Origin: Takakia lepidozioides
Taxonomy: Eukaryota; Plantae; Bryophyta
NCBI GenBank assembly: GCA_030704615.1
Contig: CM060731.1
Coordinates: 65,224,001-65,288,000 of the forward strand
Direction of reading: 5' to 3'
Length of the DNA stretch: 64,000 nt
Shown: piece after piece, positions 1 through 13,792 of the stretch
Position numbering within the stretch: position 1 is the stretch's first letter
Layout: each line of letters begins with the position of its first letter
Notes under the pieces: generated by a model
What the model was told of the DNA's origin: nothing
The model's input: only the letters and a program-made list of their open reading frames with translations
The model's database searches: none
Made by a program: the position numbers and the translations under genes

Positions 1-1
1 G

Positions 2-1141
2 CAAGAACTGAATGCACTACATACGGAGTTGCAGACAGTGCATAACAGGATGGCGATACAATGCGCTACATTTACAACTATGCTTGACCAATCAACAAAA
101 GAAATAAACAGTCAAGCGGAAAAATGTACGAAGGCAGAAGAAGAGAATGTGGAACACATGAAGCTCATTGTCGATATGAAGAATACAATCTGTCGCAATG
201 AAGATACTCTCAAGCAATACAGGCAGATGGAAGCTGAGAATGAGAAATACATCGTGGAGTTGCAACAAACCATCGTGGCCAATAGAAATGAAATCGCGGT
301 CAGTAACAAGGCTTCGAAAGAAGCCAATAATCTACTTGCTGCCTATGCGCAATTGGTTGAGCCACAGGCGAAGCGCATGAAGGCTTTACAACAGCAGTTG
401 GAATTTTATAAGCTAAGAGAGGAGCAAACTCTCAGGGGAACCACAAGCAGCTTGGTGGATAACAGCCTTATGCAGGTCTGGTTAGCACAAGGGCCAGTAG
501 AAGGCAAAGCCCCAAGGAAGCTCACCCAAAGCGAGATGAATGAGCTTAGACTGCAGGTGCAGAACATTGCCACAACTACTATAGACAATGTCTATAGTAG
601 GATAGCAGAGTTACAAGAGGATGTAGACGGACTCCAGACTCAAGTGGAAGACCTCACTTCAAACATCGACCAAAGAGTCTATATCCCTCAGGAACAGCTA
701 ATGGCTTCTTATTTGCAAGCCAGAACTCTGGCTTTTCAGTCTTCACAGGAGGTGCAGGAGATGCCAATGGTACAGGAACCAGTACCACCACCACCACAAC
801 AGGTCAGTGTACCAGTAGCTGAACCTGTGGTTACTACAACCACACCACAGCCACCACAGCCGGAGGTATGGGGCAATGCAGCTTTTAACCCACCTAAAAC
901 TCCAGCTGCCAGGGAATACAGTAGGGCTATGATTATGCCCTTCAACCAAATTCCCATCATGTTGGATTTGGCTTGGAAAGAATTTAGTCCTCCGCAGTCA
1001 TTCGCACATTACTACCAAATCATGCGTATTTGGCTGCCAGTGGCAACCAGGACTAAAGTTCTTCCAAACAATCGACATATTGAAGATCATCACTTTGCAC
1101 AATACTGGCACGAGGCAGGTACCATGTTGAGGGAATTGGTT
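2..1141 (+). CDS. 5' part of a coiled-coil-rich ORF of unknown function, interrupted by the chromovirus; frame is open to the left window edge
   Basis: ORF 29..1183 is Q/E-rich then P-rich. Removing 1142-8117 joins ...GTMLRELV in frame to AFQVVHGLIY... at 8118. Confidence 0.75.
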
Positions 1142-1864
1142 TGTCGCACACCTCAGTTCGGTAAACTCCCCTTCAAGTCATAGTTACTCGCTTTGATGCG
1201 CGCGCCTGACTCCCAACCTGGCCGCCGGGCCAACTTGGAGTTTCGGCTGCTCACCGGGACATAACGGTCCCCTTCCGCTTCCCTCTAAACCCTCCACCTA
1301 TTTGGGACTAGGAGAATTCCCTTTGGTAGATGGCAGTCCGGAACAGCTCCCCACTCTTTGGTCGCTTTCCGGCTCGCTCGCTTACTCACTAGTTTTTGGT
1401 CACCAACGGGCTTGCACCGTTCTCGGGGTTACTACTCCCTATATATACTTCTGTAGCTGTCCGCGGGGGTTTCATAACCAGCCATGCCATTTTATGGCGA
1501 ACCACCACGAAAACCCTCGACTCCCGGTGGTGAGTCGCGGTGAGTCTTGGCCCACTCACCGCGGCCCCAATGGACCGTGATGAGTCCCAAGACTCCCCAC
1601 GACTCCCACCTCGAGGTCTCCACCCCATGGTGAGTCCTATGCCACCCCCACTAAGTCCCACTAAGCTACCACCACCCCTTGTGGAGCCACCTCCACCGCA
1701 ACCCGGTGTGCGGGGCTCCACCTAGTGAGCGCCTCCGCCTCCTTGAGTGCCTTGGGCACTCAAGGGTGCTTCAGCCCCCCATACCTATCGCTGCCGCTGC
1801 CCCACCACAGGGGCAGCCCCTCATGTGTCCCGACCCCCTGCCCTCAAGGCAAAGGGCCGCGACA
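1142..1864 (-). repeat. 3' LTR of the chromovirus (723 bp)
   Basis: TGTCGC...GCGACA; direct repeat of 7389-8112. Confidence 0.97.
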
Positions 1865-2770
1865 CACACCCCTACCAACAGGGAGTCGATGTCCTCATCG
1901 ACTTGTCCATTTTGTAGAAACGAACATCCAAGTTGTGGCGTCCCACATCAAGGAGTTTGTTTCCGTACCATGGCGTCCCATGGCAAAGAACCAAACCCCA
2001 CACTTGACTCCACTCTCCACTAGCTAGTTCGGCCGACTTCCTCCAAGTCCCGGCCAAGGGTGGAGCCTCTCCAGCTCCTCCCAGTGCACTCTTCTTGGCC
2101 TACTTCAAGGCCAAGGAACGATCCTCCCCGAGGATCGAATCGCCTTACTGCAACAACATTGCTTGCGATCGCTCATGATGCCGCTTTTGGCATCACCTTG
2201 AGCAAGGGTTCACCTGGAACCCTCTTTGACTAGGAAGATAACCTTGAACCAACTGTGCGCCCCAATCACTACAATTGGGTCCGCCTTGGAATGCTGGCCT
2301 GAGGTACGGGAACACGCCGAAGCCGCACTACGACTTCGTCCCGAGGCTACACGATTATAGTACGTGAACGGAAGCACGTAGCTTCCGCGTTAGCCCGCAC
2401 TACAAGGCAACCCCCTCGGTAGCGCAGTTATAGTACGCGCACGCGCCAGGTGCGCACTAGCACTTGAACTCCCAAATGAGGCGCAAGTTTCCTTGCCCCT
2501 TGGATGGGAGTCACCCGATTTCGGCACTGCGCAAACACACGATTAACCCAATTTACCTCTCCCACTTTTGTAAGCTAGCATGCATTCTACACACCAGCCA
2601 ACCACACCATGCATCACCATTCCAAACACAATAGGACGCACAATATTTGGAACCCATTTCCCTTATCACAAATTTTTGTACAATACAAGTTTTTGCAATC
2701 GGATTCCTGAGCTAGCTAAACCGGGCTAAGCATGCATTTCCTCCCCCACGCTCCAAGGTTGATGTCCCCA

Positions 2771-5700
2771 TCAACGCTTCTTCCGCTTTTGAGGTCGCCC
2801 TTCGAACGCTGCAACTGCCTCGGATGCGTTTCCCATTTCTGAGGCACGCACCCAAGATGCCTCCACAAGATGATAGCCCTTCCATTTGACGAGATACTCC
2901 GTTTCTCGGTTCTTGAACCTCCTCGACTTAAGTATTGCCTCCACCTCGTACTCGGGTTCATTTTCATGATCCAACAGCATAGGTGGCGGACGCAACACTT
3001 GCTGCCGATTCAGACGTGCTTCATCTTTGAAGTAAGGCTTCAAAAGGGAGACATGGAATACTGGGTGCACCTTGCTGTTTGCTGGCAGCTCCAATTCATA
3101 CACATCCTCATTCATAACCCTCCGAATGCGAAAGGGACCCGCATACGGAGGTACGAACTTCGGACTCATTTCCGGAGGTAGTCGAAAATTCTTGATGTTC
3201 AACCAGACCTTTGTGCCTGCCTCAAACTTCACTTCCCTCCGCTTCCGATTCGTCTGCCTTTCATACCGTTTCCTAGCTTTGGCAATGTTGTACTTTGCGA
3301 GCTTCAACAAACGCTCGCGTTCTTCCAGTACCGCCGCTACTGCCGGTTCCTCAACGTCCTGGGCGGCCCAACTTGTCGGCACCAGAGGTGCTTTTCCATA
3401 GACCAACACAAAAGGGGAAACTCCCGTCGCGGAGTGTTCTGTGTTATTATAACAGAACTCTGCCGCGTCTAAGTGTTCCATCCAGTCTGATTGGTCTGCC
3501 GACACGTAATTCCGCAAGAATTGCTTCACTACGGAATTCACTCTTTCCGTTTGGCCGTCCGTCGTAGGTCGGAAGGCGGTGCTCATCTTCAGCCTCGTCC
3601 CCATCTTCTTCCAAAGTGCTCTCCAGAATTTACTCGTAAACTTTGGGTCGCGGTCCGAGACAATATCCTTCGGGACTCCATGATGCTTTAAGACGTGGGC
3701 GAAGTAAAGTCGCCCTGTCTCCTGCGCAGTAGCCGTCTCCTTGGTGGGGATGAAATGGGCCATTTTACTGAACCTATCTACCACCACCATGATTGCATCG
3801 AATCCTTTTGACAGCGGCATAGCAGTCATGAAATCCATCGAGACGCTTTCCCAAGTCCCCTCTGGAATCGGCAAGGGTTGTAACAGCCCCGCTTGCTTTT
3901 TATACTCGCTCCGGTTTTGTTGGCATGTGGTGCATGTCTTTACATACTCCTCTGCCTCCTCCCTCAGTTTGGGCCAGAAATACTCTTTCTTCAAGAGTGC
4001 CGCAGTGCGCTTGGCTCCACCGTGGCCCGCAAGCGGGCTATCATGGCATTCTCTCAAGAGACTATCCCTGATCCCTCCCTTTGGCACATAGAGACGTTTT
4101 TGCTTATACCGGAGCAGTCCGTTTTGCAAGTGGAACTGCGATTTAACCCCCATTCTCAAGTTCTGCATCACGCACTTTGCCAGCTCATCCTTCCGGCAAG
4201 CCTTCCGGATCTTCCTTTGGAGCGCCGTCTCGCCCTTGTACACCAACAAGAGCTGCTGCTTTCTACTTAAAGCATCGGCCACCACATTGTCCCGTCCCGG
4301 TTTGTACTGGATATCCACGTCGAACACTGCCAAAGTATCTTGCCACCTAAGTTGTTTTGGGGACAACTTGGGCTGCGTGGCAAAATACTTCACCGTGACA
4401 TTGTCCGTGAACACCTTCACTGGGTTGGAACCAACATAGTGGCGCCAGAGTTCAAGGCAATGTACCACCGCCTTCATCTCTTTTTCGTGCGTCGGCCACC
4501 GTCGCTCCACTTCATTCAGTTTCTTACTTTCGTAAGCCACTGGACGTCCATCTTGCATAAGTACACCCCCAATTGCGAAGTCCGATGCATCTGTATGAAT
4601 CTCAAACGGACGATCGAACTCCGGGATTTTTAAGACTGGAGCTTCCGTCATCCGCTGCTTCAATTCAGCAAAAGCTTGGCCACAAAATGTGTTCCATACC
4701 CAGACTTTGGATTTACACAGAAGGTCCGACAGCGGCCCCGCGATCTTGGCGAAATTTCTCACATACTTCCGGTAATAGGAGGCGAGTCCTAGGAAGGATC
4801 GCACTCCCGGGACCGAAGTCGGAGGGTCCCAGTCCAAGATCGCCCTCACCTTTCTGTCATCCATTTTGATCCCATCCTGTGTAATCACGTGCCCCAAGAA
4901 CTCCACTTTTGTGACCCCGAATTCGCACTTTGAAGCTTTGGCATACAGCTTCCCTTCTCGCAATTTTTGGAACACCCTTTTGAGGTGCTCCAGGTGCTCC
5001 TCCTTTGTTTTCGAGTACACCAAGATGTCGTCGATGTACACGATCACAAAGTCATCCAACCACTCCTGGAAAAGGCTGTTCATCAGCGTGCTAAATGTCG
5101 CTGGTGCATTGGTGAGCCCAAAAGGCATCACCAAGAACTCATATGAACCATACCTTGTCCTGCACGCGGTCTTCTCCTCATCTCCTTCCGCCACCCGAAT
5201 TTGGTGATAGCCGGAGCGCAAGTCGATCCGGCTGAAATACTTCGCTCCTGCCAACCGATCGAAGAGGTCGTCGATCCTTGGCAAAGGGTACCGGTTTTTG
5301 ATAGTCACCTTATTCAGAGCCCTGTAATCGACACACATCCGCAGCGTCCCATCCTTCTTGTCTGCAAATAGCACCGGGGCTCCGTAAGGTGACTTACTCG
5401 GCCGGATGTACCCCTTTGACATTAGATCTTTGAGCTGAGTCTTCAGCTCGACCAACTCTTTGTGGCTCAACCGGTAGGGCGCCTTGGCAGGCGGTTCCGA
5501 TCCCGGTATCACCTCAATTTTGTGGTCAACTCCTCTTCGCGGTGGCAAGCCGCTTGGTAAATCCTCCGGCATCACATCCTGGTATTTCTCCAAAATCCCC
5601 TTGATCCAATCTGGGCTCGGCTCCCCATCGCCTTCTCCTTTCACTTCTCTAATGTAAAGCAAAAACTGGGACTCGTGTGTCTCCTCCACGGCCCACTCCT

Positions 5701-7396
5701 TTGCTGATAGAAGGTTTATTCGCCCTCCCACGGATTTGGGCGTTTCCGACACTCGTAAAACCTCGCCACCATTCCCACATGGCAGCGTGACTACTCTCTT
5801 GCGGCCATCTATGACCGCTCCGGATTTGCTCAAAAAGGTCATTCCCAAAATGAGATCCACTCCATCGATCTCGCAGATAGTGAAGTTCTCACGTCCCTCC
5901 CAACTCCCCAGTTGAAGAGGAACATCAAACGCCAACCTTGTCGCCAACTGAGGTTCTCCTTTGGCAGAGCGCACCTCAATAGAGGCCCCCACGTCACTTG
6001 TCGGGAGTCCCAACTTTCGCGCCGCCGCCGGCGTCATGAAGGAGTGCGACGCTCCTGTGTCCACCAACAACGACACATTAGTTCCGGATATTATCCCATC
6101 CACGAACAATAACTGACTCCCTTTTCGTAAGGCGCCAGTTTCCTGATACAACTCACAAGAAAATTTGCCTACCTTGCAAGTCCTGGCGACCACCGCTTCC
6201 ACCAAGCGACTGATGGTATCTTCCGACAGCTCCGTGGTCGCCCGAGTCATGTTCAATTGCCGGGGCTTCGTGCACTTCTTGGCCATGTGCCCGGGCTCCC
6301 CGCAATTGAAACACACTCCATCAAAGGTCGCCTTCTGTCCGCCATAAGTCGCTCCACCCGCTTTTCCTTTCGAAGCACCGGGTGCCGCCTTGACGTGTGA
6401 AGGACCTCCCTTCGATTTCCACGTGCCATTTTCGCCGCGTGGCCTATCCCACTTCTTTTCCGGTCGGGAGGAGTCACCTTCCCGCCGGGTCTTCTTGTGG
6501 TTCAGCTCCGTACGGCCTTGTCTCTCACCCCTAGGGACATCCGAGAAACATTCAGCTCTCTCAATTGCCTCGTTCAAAGTCTTGGGTGGCTTCTCCTCCA
6601 ACTTCCGCCTAGCCCATGGGGCCAGTCCCGCCACAAAGTTGAAGACCATTTCTGGTTCTGCCATGTCCGCGACTTCGAGCAACAGCACATTGAAAGCCTG
6701 GACATACCCCCGAATGTCATCTGTTTGCTTCAAATTCCTCATCTTGTCCCGGGCAAGCCAGGATGCGTTGAGGGGCACAAACTGTCTCTTCATCAATTCC
6801 TTGAACTCACTCCAGTTCAAGGTTTCCGGGCTTGGGCCTCGGTCGTGAAGGCGTTTCTGCCACCATTGTTGAGCATAGCCCCTCAAATAGGTGGGAGCCA
6901 CTTCCACCCGATCCTCGTCACTCAACTTGGCCGCCCGGAAGTACTGCTCTAGCTCCAGGAGCCAGGTGTTGAGTGCCTTCCGGTTTCGAACGCCCTCGAA
7001 GGTGCCGGGTTCCTTAGGCTTCACCTTAAACTTTGCCTTGGTGGAAGTGGCATTAGCCGCCTTCAACACGTCTTTCAACGTCCCGCCAAACTGCGCCAAC
7101 AACCCTTCCCAAAAGGCTGCCGGCATGGGAGGCATCTCTTGGTTTGTCGGAGCTCTCAAAGATTCCTCGGGCTCCGACTCCTCGGATTCCTCCCGCTCCT
7201 GAGCGGCCTCGTTTTCGGAAACATTAATCGCTTCCTCAAACGGCCGCCTCGGTGACACGTCGCCCCCATCGGGCTCACCGGGATCATCATCTTTTGGGCC
7301 GTTCCGCTTTCGCTTCGGCTTGCCCGACCCCATGATGAGGCCAATCCCAAGGACGATTGCGTACTGAACTCTAGGCTCTGATACCAAGTGTCGCAC
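2771..7396 (-). CDS. Gag-Pol polyprotein: gag, CCHC knuckle, aspartic protease, RT, RNase H, integrase, chromodomain
   Basis: [14 protein letters not shown]; LVDTGASH; YIDDIL; TDASDFAIG; HDSPLAGH...CTTC; SMDF/SDRD/GQTER; YEVEAIL...YLVKWKGY. The real start is probably the ATG near 7333-7336, inside the PBS. Confidence 0.97.
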   Translation of the reverse strand: MRHLVSEPRVQYAIVLGIGLIMGSGKPKRKRNGPKDDDPGEPDGGDVSPRRPFEEAINVSENEAAQEREESEESEPEESLRAPTNQEMPPMPAAFWEGLLAQFGGTLKDVLKAANATSTKAKFKVKPKEPGTFEGVRNRKALNTWLLELEQYFRAAKLSDEDRVEVAPTYLRGYAQQWWQKRLHDRGPSPETLNWSEFKELMKRQFVPLNASWLARDKMRNLKQTDDIRGYVQAFNVLLLEVADMAEPEMVFNFVAGLAPWARRKLEEKPPKTLNEAIERAECFSDVPRGERQGRTELNHKKTRREGDSSRPEKKWDRPRGENGTWKSKGGPSHVKAAPGASKGKAGGATYGGQKATFDGVCFNCGEPGHMAKKCTKPRQLNMTRATTELSEDTISRLVEAVVARTCKVGKFSCELYQETGALRKGSQLLFVDGIISGTNVSLLVDTGASHSFMTPAAARKLGLPTSDVGASIEVRSAKGEPQLATRLAFDVPLQLGSWEGRENFTICEIDGVDLILGMTFLSKSGAVIDGRKRVVTLPCGNGGEVLRVSETPKSVGGRINLLSAKEWAVEETHESQFLLYIREVKGEGDGEPSPDWIKGILEKYQDVMPEDLPSGLPPRRGVDHKIEVIPGSEPPAKAPYRLSHKELVELKTQLKDLMSKGYIRPSKSPYGAPVLFADKKDGTLRMCVDYRALNKVTIKNRYPLPRIDDLFDRLAGAKYFSRIDLRSGYHQIRVAEGDEEKTACRTRYGSYEFLVMPFGLTNAPATFSTLMNSLFQEWLDDFVIVYIDDILVYSKTKEEHLEHLKRVFQKLREGKLYAKASKCEFGVTKVEFLGHVITQDGIKMDDRKVRAILDWDPPTSVPGVRSFLGLASYYRKYVRNFAKIAGPLSDLLCKSKVWVWNTFCGQAFAELKQRMTEAPVLKIPEFDRPFEIHTDASDFAIGGVLMQDGRPVAYESKKLNEVERRWPTHEKEMKAVVHCLELWRHYVGSNPVKVFTDNVTVKYFATQPKLSPKQLRWQDTLAVFDVDIQYKPGRDNVVADALSRKQQLLLVYKGETALQRKIRKACRKDELAKCVMQNLRMGVKSQFHLQNGLLRYKQKRLYVPKGGIRDSLLRECHDSPLAGHGGAKRTAALLKKEYFWPKLREEAEEYVKTCTTCQQNRSEYKKQAGLLQPLPIPEGTWESVSMDFMTAMPLSKGFDAIMVVVDRFSKMAHFIPTKETATAQETGRLYFAHVLKHHGVPKDIVSDRDPKFTSKFWRALWKKMGTRLKMSTAFRPTTDGQTERVNSVVKQFLRNYVSADQSDWMEHLDAAEFCYNNTEHSATGVSPFVLVYGKAPLVPTSWAAQDVEEPAVAAVLEERERLLKLAKYNIAKARKRYERQTNRKRREVKFEAGTKVWLNIKNFRLPPEMSPKFVPPYAGPFRIRRVMNEDVYELELPANSKVHPVFHVSLLKPYFKDEARLNRQQVLRPPPMLLDHENEPEYEVEAILKSRRFKNRETEYLVKWKGYHLVEASWVRASEMGNASEAVAAFEGRPQKRKKR
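7375..7386 (-). promoter_or_regulatory. Primer-binding site for initiator tRNA-Met
   Basis: Minus strand reads TGGTATCAGAGC two bases inside the 5' LTR. Confidence 0.93.
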
Positions 7397-8112
7397 ACCT
7401 CAGTTCGGTAAACTCCCCTTCAAGTCATAGTTACTCGCTTTGATGCGCGCGCCTGACTCCCAACCTGGCCGCCGGGCCAACTTGGAGTTTCGGCTGCTCA
7501 CCGGGACATAACGGTCCCCTTCCGCTTCCCTCTAAACCCTCCACCTATTTGGGACTAGGAGAATTCCCTTTGGTAGATGGCAGTCCGGAACAGCTCCCCA
7601 CTCTTTGGTCGCTTTCCGGCTCGCTCGCTTACTCACTAGTTTTTGGTCACCAACGGGCTTGCACCGTTCTCGGGGTTACTACTCCCTATATATACTTCTG
7701 TAGCTGTCCGCGGGGGTTTCATAACCAGCCATGCCATTTTATGGCGAACCACCACGAAAACCCTCGACTCCCGGTGGTGAGTCGCGGTGAGTCTTGGCCC
7801 ACTCACCGCGGCCCCAATGGACCGTGATGAGTCCCAAGACTCCCCACGACTCCCACCTCGAGGTCTCCACCCCATGGTGAGTCCTATGCCACCCCCACTA
7901 AGTCCCACTAAGCTACCACCACCCCTTGTGGAGCCACCTCCACCGCAACCCGGTGTGCGGGGCTCCACCTAGTGAGCGCCTCCGCCTCCTTGAGTGCCTT
8001 GGGCACTCAAGGGTGCTTCAGCCCCCCATACCTATCGCTGCCGCTGCCCCCACCACAGGGGCAGCCCCTCATGTGTCCCGACCCCCTGCCCTCAAGGCAA
8101 AGGGCCGCGACA
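7389..8112 (-). repeat. 5' LTR of the chromovirus (724 bp)
   Basis: Matches 1142-1864; the only difference I saw is one extra C in a C-run near 8047-8051. Confidence 0.97.
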
Positions 8113-8117
8113 TGGTT

Positions 8118-8906
8118 GCTTTCCAGGTTGTACATGGACTCATTTATACCAAGACCAAGGAGATAGCAAGTATTGTCATGGGGTGCGGGCTATACTACGC
8201 TGCTTGTTTTCTGATACGTTACCACATAGAGCAACAAAAGATGCAAGCACGCTTTCAAAGTTACTCCAGTGGAGATCATTGGGTATTACCTTCGGTGCCA
8301 CCTCATATGTACCTATATGACCCAAAAGTTATGATACAAAATGATTCTCAAATTCGTTCATGGTTTCAAGCAGCCTGCAACAATTTGTCAACACAGAAAT
8401 TCGGACTTGATGAAATTTTCTATAAGGGACATATCGCATGGAAATACTTGCACGCTGCACAAGTAATTGGTACCCCAGTCATCTGGACAGACAAGGAGCT
8501 CAGTGTCTACACCAATTTTGCTGTTCAACGGTTACACCAGGTTGTAAAATGCAAACTTCCAGACATGGTAGGACAGCATTGTATGCCCCAGATGATTCCA
8601 CAAAAAGTTCGAAAATTAAAACACCTGAGAGGCGATGAGGATTCTGATACAACTGTTTCTTCACAAAATTCTTTTGACATGGGAGAAGACTATGCAATTC
8701 AGATGAAAGAGAAGAAACAAAGGGGATCTCCTATGCCGGAAAGATTACCTCGATATCAGCCTCCAGAAGGCCTCACTTATCCAGGTAGTGATCAACCATC
8801 TCCATCAACCAGAGACAGACCTCGGGCTCGTACACACAGCCCACCACGAAACTCTCAACGTCAACAAGGTGCTCACTCACAAAGGTTTGCTACTCGGAAA
8901 CAGTAA
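8118..8906 (+). CDS. 3' part of the interrupted coiled-coil ORF
   Basis: In frame with 29-1141 after removing the element and one TSD copy; stop at 8904-8906. Confidence 0.75.
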   Translation, partial: AFQVVHGLIYTKTKEIASIVMGCGLYYAACFLIRYHIEQQKMQARFQSYSSGDHWVLPSVPPHMYLYDPKVMIQNDSQIRSWFQAACNNLSTQKFGLDEIFYKGHIAWKYLHAAQVIGTPVIWTDKELSVYTNFAVQRLHQVVKCKLPDMVGQHCMPQMIPQKVRKLKHLRGDEDSDTTVSSQNSFDMGEDYAIQMKEKKQRGSPMPERLPRYQPPEGLTYPGSDQPSPSTRDRPRARTHSPPRNSQRQQGAHSQRFATRKQ

Positions 8907-8927
8907 ACCGTGAGGACACGGTTTTTT

Positions 8928-8950
8928 GAGGGGGGAAGGGGTAATGTTAG
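8928..8950 (+). other. Polypurine tract followed by a probable LTR start (TGTTAG at 8945)
   Basis: GAGGGGGGAAGGGGTAA|TGTTAG; no partner LTR in the window. Confidence 0.5.
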
Positions 8951-9069
8951 AGGACTGTAGGGGACTTAGACACTTATACGGGATCTGTAGGGTACCCTTA
9001 ATTTTTGCACAGACTGAGACAAACAAAAACCTTAGGGGTGACAGCAGCGCACTGTAGAGGGGGGTTACA

Positions 9070-9310
9070 TAGCCCACACAGCCGACACAGCAGTCACAGC
9101 CCGTCACAGTCGTCACAGCCCACACAGCCCACACAGCCCGTCACAGTCGTCACAGCCCACACAGCCCACACAGCCGTCACAGCCCACACAGCCCGTCACA
9201 GTCGTCACAGCCCACACAGCCCACACAGCCAGTCACAGCCGGCACAGCCACACAGCCAGTCACAGCCCGACACAGCCAAACACAGCCAGTCACCGCTTGA
9301 CACAGCTGTC
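9070..9310. repeat. Low-complexity tandem array of CACAGCC / CACAGTCGT / CACAGCCCGT units
   Basis: Directly visible repeated CACAG-core units. Confidence 0.9.
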
Positions 9311-10030
9311 ACGATAATAGGGAACGAAGAGTAGGACAGGGAACGACTGTGGGGAACAACACCTGTGAAGGGAACATGTTAATTCACATACGACGGTTAG
9401 AGAGGGAAACGGTTAGAACCGCGGATAGGAGGATAAAGGGGAGAACGGGGAATGATGATGATCATTATTCGGGGAAGGAGGATTTGGGAGTCATACGGGA
9501 GCGGAAGTCGGTGAGCACGATGAAGGAGGAAAGAGGATTAGTAGATGCTTGTTATATGCAAAGCTGTAGGGATATTGTAGAGGAGAATAGAGACACAGTG
9601 GCTTCGGCCTGATACCTGATAAATCATAATCTGATACTTATACGATACAATCACACTGTGTAGAGAGATCTGAGTGAAGCTGTGGATTGAATGGAGGAGT
9701 TAAGGAAACCGATAAATTGATGAAGCAAACTGATACTTAATTATCAATGGTAAGGTAGCTAAGATGAATGCGGAAAAGGAAACAAATAGGAAACACCCCC
9801 ACGATACACTAGCTGTAGGTCATGACTGATTGTTCTGCGCGGGCTGAGTACTTAGAGATTTCCAACTCTTCTATCTTGGAGTTTCCGCCTCGGATAGCGA
9901 AGGGATGGGTGAGTAAAAGCCGCGCGACAGTGACATGGGGAGGTAGAGTAGAGATGTTGCGAAATGGACAGTGGGAGTGGTATAGAGGTCAGCATTAAGG
10001 GAGTTGCAGGAAAATTAGAGTCAGAATTAG

Positions 10031-13000
10031 GTGTTGAAACAGTTTGAACTTCGACTAGAGTATAGAAGAATGACCAGTCCAACTAGCATCGACGTGCCTT
10101 ATCATGGTAGGAATAGTGAGGATGTGAACGACTGGCTGGAAAGAATTCAGATGGAGGCAGATGTCAGGGATTTAAATGAGGACAAAACTTTCAAAGTAAC
10201 AAGGCTCAACCTGAGAGCCAAGGCTGATGAATGGTACCGTAAACAAAACCCTAGGCCAGACAACTGGGAAGATTTCAGGGCAGCCATTTCAGCCAAGTTT
10301 GGTATCATTGACTTGGCAGAAATCAGGCTAAGAATGGATACCATCAAACAGGAGAGTAGACAAAGGGTTCAAACATACTTCGATAGGTTGAACCGGTTAT
10401 TTATAAGAAGTGGGGCGTCTGATTTGGAACAGAGGCGTAGATTTGCAGCGGGTTTGAGACCAGAAATAGCAAGAGTAATGATGGGCAGGCGCTTCCTTGA
10501 TGTAGATGAAGCACTTGACACAGCCATTGAGATTGAAAGGGGCCTGGGAAAGTTAGGGGAAATACCTCTAGAGCCATTGGAAGGAGATGATACAGATGAG
10601 TCAGTTGTGTTTGTCAACCCTGTGGACAGAAGACTTGATCAGCTGAACACTACCCTACAGAAGTACTTTGATAGGGGACCAGTCATAGGAGAAAGCTCGG
10701 GATCTAGAACACCACCTCGTGTTCGCCTTTGTAATGTTTGTCACAAAGAAGGTCACATAGCTGCATATTGTCCTGAAGGAAGAACCCCAGCTAAGTGTGA
10801 CAAATGTCACCGGTTCGGGCATTCCACGGAAATGTGTGGTGTGAGATGCAACTTTTGCAAGCTACTCGGGCATACAGAGAGTGAGTGCAGTAGAAAACTC
10901 GACCAGACTATGATGGGAACTCCGGGAACTAACTTTGTAGATGTGTTCTATGATGATGAGGATGATGTACTCGCAGAAATGACAAATCTGATGTCACAAA
11001 ATAGTATCAATGAAGTCAGACTTCCAAGGACACGTATCCCTGTCCAGAGTCCGATTGTTGAACCTACAGGGTCACCAGAAAGGAATAGTGAGAGCAGTGA
11101 ACAGCCAAGCAGGACCAAGAGTGAAATCTACCCAAAGAACAATTTCAAGACTGCCATAGAAGGAGGTACGAAATCCAGAATCTTGAACCACTTCTACAAA
11201 GGGAGAATCTCGTTGTCTCCCATGGATCTAATCATGACTGTGCCCGGAGAGCTAGACAAATTGAAAGGGCTGGTCAAAGTGGTGGAAAGGGCAATGGTAC
11301 AACAAAGGGAGACAACTCACAGTGTAGAAGTTGTGAGGGATGTACCAAGACCTTTGTACTCAGCACACGCTGAACCCACAATCTCATATGCTTATACTGG
11401 TTAAGTAAAGGCACTTCATGTGATGATTACAATGGGAGATTACCAAGTATTAGGCCAGATTGACACAGGTGCCATGCTCTCAGTAATATCCGCGAGTACT
11501 GTAAGGGATCTTGGTCTGATGGGATCTGACATTACTAGTAAGGATGTAAATCACAGAGTAGCCTCTGGTGCTCTTGAGACTGCAATGGGCAGACTTGAGG
11601 ACATCAAGGTCAAAGTAGGAGAGCTGACCAATCGTTTGTCCTTTATGGTGGTGAACACGGATACATATCACATGTTGCTGGGATTAGACTTTCTCAAAAA
11701 GTCTGGCGCTGTAGTTGACACCGAAGCTGAAACAATTCGTGTGCGCTATGGGCCAGGAAAGGATTTTGCTCACTTCCCTTTGCACACCATAAATTACAAT
11801 GAGCCTGCAGTTACCAGAACAGCCTGCCATAGAGGGGTCGAGAGCAGAGTGCGGTATGCAGGCAGTACGTCAGCAGGTAATGTCTTAACCCTGACGTCAG
11901 ATGAGCAGTACCTAGGCTTGTGGGAGAAAGAAAGAAAGCCAGAGGAAGAGTATGAGGACACGGAGGAAGGATCCTCAGGTTCTGACATCTCTAAATCTGA
12001 TAAGGATGAGGAGATGGGAGGTTCTGAAGAGAGTGAGGAGGTAGATACAGTACTGAAGGATGTTGAGGAGATAATAGATGATGTCAGCCTAGGGGAGGAC
12101 CTGTTCGAAGACCAAGGGATGTCTGAACTCCTTCAGGAAGAGACCCAACATAGCATGGCTGCCGCTATAATTCAGAAAGCTCACCAGAAGGCTTGGAATG
12201 GAGAACTAGGGAACAACAACGTAGAAATAGAGGATGATTTCCATGATTGGAATCAGGTTGTCACACAGGAGGAAAGACAGAGAGTAGCTAACTCTGTAAG
12301 CCAGGTGGAGGGAAAGAGTTTAGAACCCAGTCAAGAGGAAGAAATGGAGAGTCGTTGGAGAAGTCTGAAATCCAGACTACACATCAACCCAGAGCTCGCT
12401 CCAGAACAAAGGAAGGAGCTGGAGCAAGAGCTAAAAGCAAATCAGGAATGTTTTGCTCTTAGCAAGCTGACTTAGGATATTGCAGTGAGGTGGAACATAC
12501 AATTGATACTCAAGGCTTTCCCCCTTGCAGAAGTCGTCCCAGCCGCCTATCAGAGTGGGAGGAAAACGAGGTACAAGGACAAATTGAGACTTTGATCTCA
12601 CAAGGCAAGATGAGAGAGAGTAGTTCAGAATGGTCGTGTCCAGTTACCCTTCCACCAAAAAAGGATGGATCCAAGCGGTTTTGTGGTGATTTTAGGCCAG
12701 TAAACCGTTTAACCAGAAGGGACTCTTACCCTAAGCCATTAATTCAGGATGTTTTAAACCAGTTGGGGAAAGCCAAGTGGTTTTCTGCGCTGGATTTACA
12801 ATACGACCGAGACATTAAGCAAAACAACAGTGATCACAAAGAAGGGATTGTATGAATGGCTAGTCATGCCATTCGGGCTAAAAAATGCCACTGCTACCTT
12901 TCAGAGAACAATGAATAGGGTGCTCAAAGAAGAAATCAAAGATTGCGCTAAAGTTTTTGTAGATGACGTCAATATCCATAGCAAGGACTGGGGAGATCAC

Positions 13001-13792
13001 GTGGGACATATAAAGAGAGTACTGAGAAAGGTTAGAAAGGCCAATCTTAGGCTCAATCCGGACAAGTGTTACTTTGCCAACTTACAGTTGGTATTCCTTG
13101 GGCATGTGATCTCTGAAGAGGGAACGTGGCCTGATCCAGATAAGATAGCTGCTATTGAAAGGTTTCCCTTGCCCAAAAACCACACTGTTCTCAAAAGCTA
13201 CTTGGGCATGACAGGGTACTATAGGCCCTATGTCAAAGGATATGTTGGAGTGGCAGTACCCTTGTTCACTCTAACCAAGAAAGATGTGAAGTTTATCTGG
13301 AGTGCAGAGGCACAAAACGCCTTTTCTGCCTTACAGGTGAAGTTGGTAACTGCTCCCATCCTGGCAAGACCAGATTTCTCAAGACCGTTCGTCTTGGATG
13401 TTGACTGGTCCATCAAAGGAGTAGGGGCAGTGTTGTCACAAAAGGAGTATAAAAAGGAGAGGGTCATTGCATACGCCAGTAAGGTACTATCTAATGCTCA
13501 GCGCAAATATCACCCTATGGAAGGTGAATGCTATGCCCTGGTGTGGGGAGTATTACACTTTAGGCAGTACCTGTATGGAACCCCTTTTGTAATCAGGACT
13601 GATCACAAACCACTGGAGTGGTTGGCAACGGTAAGTGACGCATATGGACGCAGGGGTAGATGGATCATGATGTTACAAGATTTTGAGTTTAAAATTGTTC
13701 ATAGGGCAGGTGCTAGGCATGCTAACGTAGATGCGCTAAGCAAGTATCCAGTGGGACCAGCAGAGGAAACCGAGGAAATCGAGGTATACTCT
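10031..13792 (+). pseudogene. Decayed Ty3/gypsy gag-protease-RT-RNase H, cut off before integrase by the TIR element at 13793
   Basis: Gag with three CCHC knuckles; IDTGAMLS; PPKKDGSKRFCGDFR; FVDDV; DVDWS...AYASK...TDHKPL. Split over four ORFs by stops or frameshifts, with a deletion after ALDLQ near 12802. Confidence 0.9.

Larger units (their letters stand above)
1142..8112 (-). mobile_element. Full-length Ty3/gypsy chromovirus LTR retrotransposon
   Basis: Two near-identical TG...CA LTRs, 5-bp TSD TGGTT (1137-1141 and 8113-8117), tRNA-iMet PBS, uninterrupted gag-pol with chromodomain. Confidence 0.98.

Noticed and set aside
1302-2057. Short ORFs in the LTRs (repeated at 7549-8166)
   Set aside because: By-products of GC-rich LTR sequence with no recognisable domains.
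9005-9334. His/Ser/Gln-rich ORF
   Set aside because: Translation of the CACAGC repeat array.
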